Part shown: positions 58,832 to 64,000 of the stretch, in pieces
Layout of the letters: every line of letters begins with the position of its first letter
Numbering within the stretch: the first letter of the stretch is position 1
Origin: the human T2T-CHM13v2.0 reference genome, Homo sapiens
DNA length: 64,000 nt
Direction: 5' to 3' (one strand)
Assembly: GCF_009914755.1 (NCBI RefSeq)
Contig: NC_060930.1
The notes under the pieces: generated by a model
The model's input: only the letters and a program-made list of their open reading frames with translations
Told to the model about the DNA's origin: nothing
Databases searched by the model: none
Made by a program: the position numbers and the translations under genes

Positions 58832-59392
58832 TATTTTTATTTTTTATTTTTAATTGTTGTGGGTACATAGTAGGTGTACATATTTATGAGGTATATGGGA
58901 TATTTTGATACAGGCATACAACGTGTAATAATTACATCAGGGTAAATGGGATATCCATCACCTCAAGTATTTATCCCTGTTTTTTGTTTGTTTGTTTTGT
59001 AATGGGGTGTTGCTCTGTCACTGCAGCCTCGACTTTGGGAGCTCACGTGACCCTCTCAACCTCAGCTTCTCGAGTAGTTGGGACTAAAGGCATGTGCCAC
59101 CATGCCTGGCTATTTTTCTTTTCTATTTTTTTTTTTTTTTTGTAGAGATGGGGTCTTGTTATGTTACCAAGGCTGGTCTTGGGCTCAACCAGTCCTCCTG
59201 CCTTGGTTTCCCGAAGTCCAGGGATTACAGGTGTGAGACACTGCACCCAGCCAGCATTTATCCTTTATGTTACAAACAATCCATTTATACTCTTTTGGTT
59301 ATTTTAAAATATACAATTAAATTATTATTGACTATAGTCAACCTATTGTGCTATCAAATACTAGATCTTATTCCTTCTATTTTTTAACCCAT
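58832..59392 (-). mobile_element. L1MA-like 3'UTR split by an Alu
   Basis: gtgggtacatagtaggtgtacatatttatg...atatccatcacctcaag, resuming after the Alu as gcatttatcctttatgttacaaacaatcca. Confidence 0.85.
58980..59252 (-). mobile_element. Alu (AluJ-like), antisense, with an internal deletion
   Basis: TSD agtatttatcc (58966) / agcatttatcc (59253); tgctctgtca|ctgcagcctc skips roughly 30 bp of the right arm. Confidence 0.9.
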
Positions 59393-60270
59393 TAATTTCT
59401 ATATGCAGAATGTAGTTGAGGCAGCTACTTCATAAATGAGTTTTTGTAGTTAGTGGCTTTTGGAAGGCTATTAGATGTACCTGAGAATAATTGTTTCCTA
59501 CTAAGAACTCTTCATTCAACTAAAAATGCATTGTTTTTTAATTATCCTTGCCAACTGCTGTTCATTGATAAGCAGTTATTTCAAAAGCATTCTCTTATTT
59601 TTGGAGAGAAAATGACATGGACACTTGTTATAACTAAAAGTTCTAACCCAAAAGTCCTTGTTTTTAAGATTGACAGTCTAAAATTGATGAGGACTGTAGA
59701 AGAGTGAAATAAAACACAGTAATTTGTGACTAGTTTATTAATAACAACAAAAACATTTCTTTAATTATATGTAATTTTTAAATAAGAGTGGTAATTTACA
59801 TTTCCTTCATTAATGCTATGGAAATGTCTCTAAAGAGCTAAAATAAATGCCTGTTGGCATTGTGTTTTGCAGCACTTTTTTCCTAATTCAGTAATATTGT
59901 TCATTAAAATAAAATGGTGTTCCTCATTGGAGTATTTGTAGTGAAGACGTTACGAATGTAACAAATTAAGATGTGCTAATTTCAGGTTTTGTGTCAAATT
60001 TAATGCCTTCTTTAATGTGTTAAGCCATAGCTTTACAATTGCAAACATTCAGCTAATAGCTTTTCTATCTAGAGAATTGCTTCAGAAATTCCTTCAGTAA
60101 CCACTAATCTTTAACTACTGGGAAAAGATTTAGTTTAACCTAATTGTATGTAACATGAATATTGTAGGTTGATTCTTTATCACATCCTACTATATTTTGT
60201 TCTCACTTGAATTACTGACATACTGTCTTTCCTGAAATATGTACCTTCAGTAATTTTTTTTTTTCCTTAG

Positions 60271-60324
60271 GCATTAGCTATGGGAATGATGACAGAATAC
60301 TATCATTATATCTTTACCACTCTG
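60271..60324 (+). CDS. GRIK2: GRIK2 internal coding exon, 54 bp, phase 0-0 (ALAMGMMTEYYHYIFTTL)
   Basis: Acceptor poly-T ccttag|GCA and donor CTG|gtaagt. Manual translation continues the GluK2 sequence; too short for the ORF track. Confidence 0.96.
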
Positions 60325-60639
60325 GTAAGTACTTCATTAAAACAAAATGTTCTGAATTTTATTATTATGACTTTTTCAGATGAAAAATAGGTTTTTTAGT
60401 AAGAAGTATTATGACTGATTCCTTTGTAGTTATATTTTAATTTGATAAGACTCCACCAAAATTATTATCAGAGAGGACAACTCTTAATAGAAGCTGATGA
60501 TTTTGAAATAATATCATTTCAGATATCAATTCAAAATATTGCATATCTTATTTTTATGTTGCTTTAGAGAACTTTCAGAATATAATGGATCTTGAAATTA
60601 GTTTCCTGAGAAATCAGTGCTTTAGAAAAGCGCAAATTC

Positions 60640-60947
60640 AGCCGGGCACAGTGGCTCATTTCTGTAATCCCAGCACTTTGGTAGGCCGGGGCAGAAGGAT
60701 CACCTGAGGTCAGGAATTCAAGAACAGCATGACCAATATGGTGAAACCCATCTCTACTAAAAATACAAAAATTAGCCGGGCATGGTGGTGGGTGCCTGTA
60801 GTCACAGCTACTCGGGAGCCTGAGACAGGAGAATTGCTTGGACCTGGGAGGCGGAGGTTGCAGTGAGCCAACAGTGCCACTGCACTCCAGCCTGGGCGAC
60901 AGAGCTAGACTCCATCTAGAAAAAAAAAGAAAGAAAAGAATAAGACA
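60640..60947 (+). mobile_element. Alu (AluS-like)
   Basis: Full dimer; 16-bp TSD agaaaagcgcaaattc (60624) / agaaaagcacaaattc (60948). Confidence 0.95.
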
Positions 60948-62267
60948 AGAAAAGCACAAATTCTTATGTTATCTCAGCTGTATTCACTTTTTGAAAATCA
61001 GATGTATTGAAGCTGTCCTTTCAGTAGATTACATTTTCTATTCTGCTTTTGCCTGTATTTAGTTAGATTTTTTAAAAAGTCAATATACTTTAATTTGCCA
61101 TCAGCAAATTGAATGTTACCTTTATATTTTGTTTTCACATACCCATCACACAATTTTCCCTTATAATGTATGAAAATCTGACTTTAACCTGTATCAAACT
61201 TACTGTTAGCTCCATTTTGTTATCAATTCATTATCCTGACCTTTCTTTCTCTGTAAAACAGCTGTCTCTTTACTAATTCTTTCTTCCACATGTCCCAAAT
61301 ATGAGTATCTCCAAGTTTGGACTTCATCCAATCTTATTTTCTCTTCAATTATTTTCTTCAGAACTGGTTTGTATTTAGAGCCTCAGTTAACATCTTCGTT
61401 CGAATGAGGTCTAAATGTTCTATGTAATATTTATGAATTACTGTATACTGTAAAACACTTTTAATTGTTGTGCCATTAGATAATTTCAAAATATTTAAAC
61501 TTTAGTGTCCTCTGAATTGACGTCTCTTCTGATTATCTTAAAAATTTCAACTTTTGTTGACTCCTGTATCACCAACAAAATTTTACTGATTTTTCCTTTG
61601 TAGTGTCTCTAGCATCTATCTTCTCCATTCCCATAACAACCAGTCTAACCAAAGTTTTCTTCATTAACTTGAAATTCTTCCAGTTAGTCTCCTTGCTTCT
61701 AGAAGTCTTGAAGCTGCCAGATCAGATTATTAAAATTTAATTGATTGCAATAGCTTCCTGTGATGACAACTCTTACCTCCAAAGGAGATTATTCATGCAG
61801 TAGGATGTATTTTACTTAAAAATAGCAAAGCTGGCTCTGGCATATCTCTATATTATTTCCTAGCAGACAACTTTTTGCAGCTTGTAAGAAACTTAGTGGT
61901 GGGGGTGGAGAGGAAGTGAGAGCATTCCCTCATCAGCAAATTATATTTCAGTGCTGTTACAACTCAGCATAAGCGTAAGATTTTGGGGAAATCAAAAGTA
62001 TCTCTCAATAGGGAAAATAAATGAAACAACTAGTTTAGGATACATAGAACTCATAGGCCTACATTTGAAGGCCTTTTATACTTTGATCCTAATCAAACTT
62101 TCCCATTTCCTTTTGCTACTATTCTCCTTTAGGAATTCTCATTTATAGCTGAACTGATGTGGATCAGTCTCCTGAATAGGTTTTATATCTTCTAATTTTT
62201 GTGTCTCCACTCACACTTTGAATTCTCTTTTTGTCAATCATCAGCCCGGTCTTTCTTTAATGGCAGC

Positions 62268-62777
62268 TGTAGGGGAGAAAAGATTTCTTTTCCTCACACT
62301 TCATGAGGTTCAAGGCTGAGATCTCTATAACAAAAGAGAGGTTGACAAGAGAAACACCTAAAAATGTATTTAATATAAATTTTATGTGACACAAAAGCCA
62401 TCAGAAATGAAGACTCAAAGAAATGGGAAAATCTGGATTTTTTTTTTTTTTTTGCTTTGGTTTGATAAAGAGTAGATAGTTATGTAGGAAAATTATTGGA
62501 CAAAGGGAGGTTATGATCTAATGGCAATAAATCCAGAAAACTTAGCAAGGCCAAATTGTTCAGATTCTTCTTGACCTCCAGGTATAGGGCTGGATCCCTC
62601 TGGAATGAGAGTCTTATGACCTCCTTTCTGTGGGGGTAGGTCAGAGAATTCTTTTATGGTCCACTTCAGGGGAGAAAGGTGGGATAAGGTCACAGAGTGA
62701 CCTTCCTGCTTCTGTGTCTTCTCAATTTCCTATAGCCAAGTACCATATTTGGGGGTAGCATGTTCTGAGCCTCATCA
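62268..62777 (-). mobile_element. ERV1-class solo LTR (MER34/MER39-like)
   Basis: TG...CA termini with a perfect 4-bp TSD cagc/cagc; end motif ccatatttgggggtagcatgttctgagcctcatca. Confidence 0.78.
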
Positions 62778-63852
62778 CAGCTAAGATCCCATCTGCTCTG
62801 TGAAGTTTTTCTTGACCATACAAATTGAAAATAACTTGTCTTGCTTCTGACTTCTTTTGCATTTATGATTTCTACTCTTTTACCACTTGGCATATATTGC
62901 CATCCTTTATTTATTCACCTCTTTCCTATCTCCTTGGCTAGATTGTAAACATTAAAAAATAAAAACCTAAAGATTCCTATGTTTTTCATAGCACAGACTA
63001 GAGCTCAGGCCAATGCCAGCTGCTTTCCACTGAATTGTATTCTTATTATCTAGCCTGTGTAGCTGTATGAGTCTGAGGCAAGCTGTTCACAGAACCAATG
63101 GCATTAATCTTGCCTTGATTCTCAATATTGTCCATAAGTTCGAGGGTTAGCTATGCCAACTAGAAAGAGGGCAAAACTCCACATGCTGGATGTTTTCATG
63201 GTGGCATCCATTTCCATGATAGCTTTGGCCTCATATCTCCTGGGACAACTAAAGGGCAGAGCAAGAAAGTTCACTATATACAGACTAGAAAGGGCAACAG
63301 GCATAAAGTGTTTATTGGAAACTTATAGTGAAGTTCCTAGGTGTGAGACATGAGATGAAGGAACTGTATTGTTTCTGCAACCAAAAAGGCTAGTCTTGGC
63401 CTTAGCATTTTTTTCACACCTTTCATACAGTTTTCATTAGTTAGAAGCTGTATTTTGTGACTTGCTTTCTAAAAACAACAATCAAACAAAGAAACACTGA
63501 CAAAAAAAAAATTAAAAACAGCAATAACCAGGCGAGGAAGCAGGACACAGAAAAAATTAAAGCAAAATATGAACACATAAAATAAGGGCAAGCTATCCTA
63601 AACAGAGAGAAGAAAGCTATTGCAAATCTTAGATGTGAGTTGTAGAAGAGCCCATTGTTTCACTGGCGGATTTAGAATAAAATATATACATAGATTTTTA
63701 CATACGGAGCATGTATCTCTGCAATGCCAAAGCATGAGGACAGTCTATTTGAATCTTGGTGATTTGTGATGTTTAACGTCACTTGACACAAAGGTGTTAA
63801 GTGACCTAAAAAAAACAAAAAAAGTGACTATTTCAGTAATACATGCCTGTGA

Positions 63853-64000
<148 letters not shown>

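Overview
Primate (human-like) genomic DNA from inside the kainate-receptor gene GRIK2 (GluK2/GluR6), transcribed on the + strand. Four internal coding exons of the extracellular amino-terminal domain are present: 4089-4346, 54344-54525, 60271-60324 and 63898 to the window end. They are joined in frame by GT-AG introns of 49,997, 5,745 and 3,573 bp. The rest is AT-rich intron filled with Alus, L1s (one internally deleted but with both ends and a perfect TSD, one twin-primed inversion), L2/MIR, MaLR/ERV solo LTRs and hAT DNA transposons. I do not see a self-contained new biological system. The best leads are regulatory or mutational: (1) a cryptic acceptor that would place an immediate TAA before the 54-nt exon; (2) an L1 5'UTR whose antisense promoter, ORF0 remnant and splice donors point towards downstream GRIK2 exons; (3) closely spaced inverted Alu pairs and inverted Alus bracketing three exons; (4) two locally templated duplications of unique sequence; (5) a candidate CTCF site; (6) three THE1 LTRs with different fates of the DUX4 motif. 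Repeat subfamily names come from recalled consensus sequences, not a database search, and repeat boundaries are approximate unless a TSD is given.
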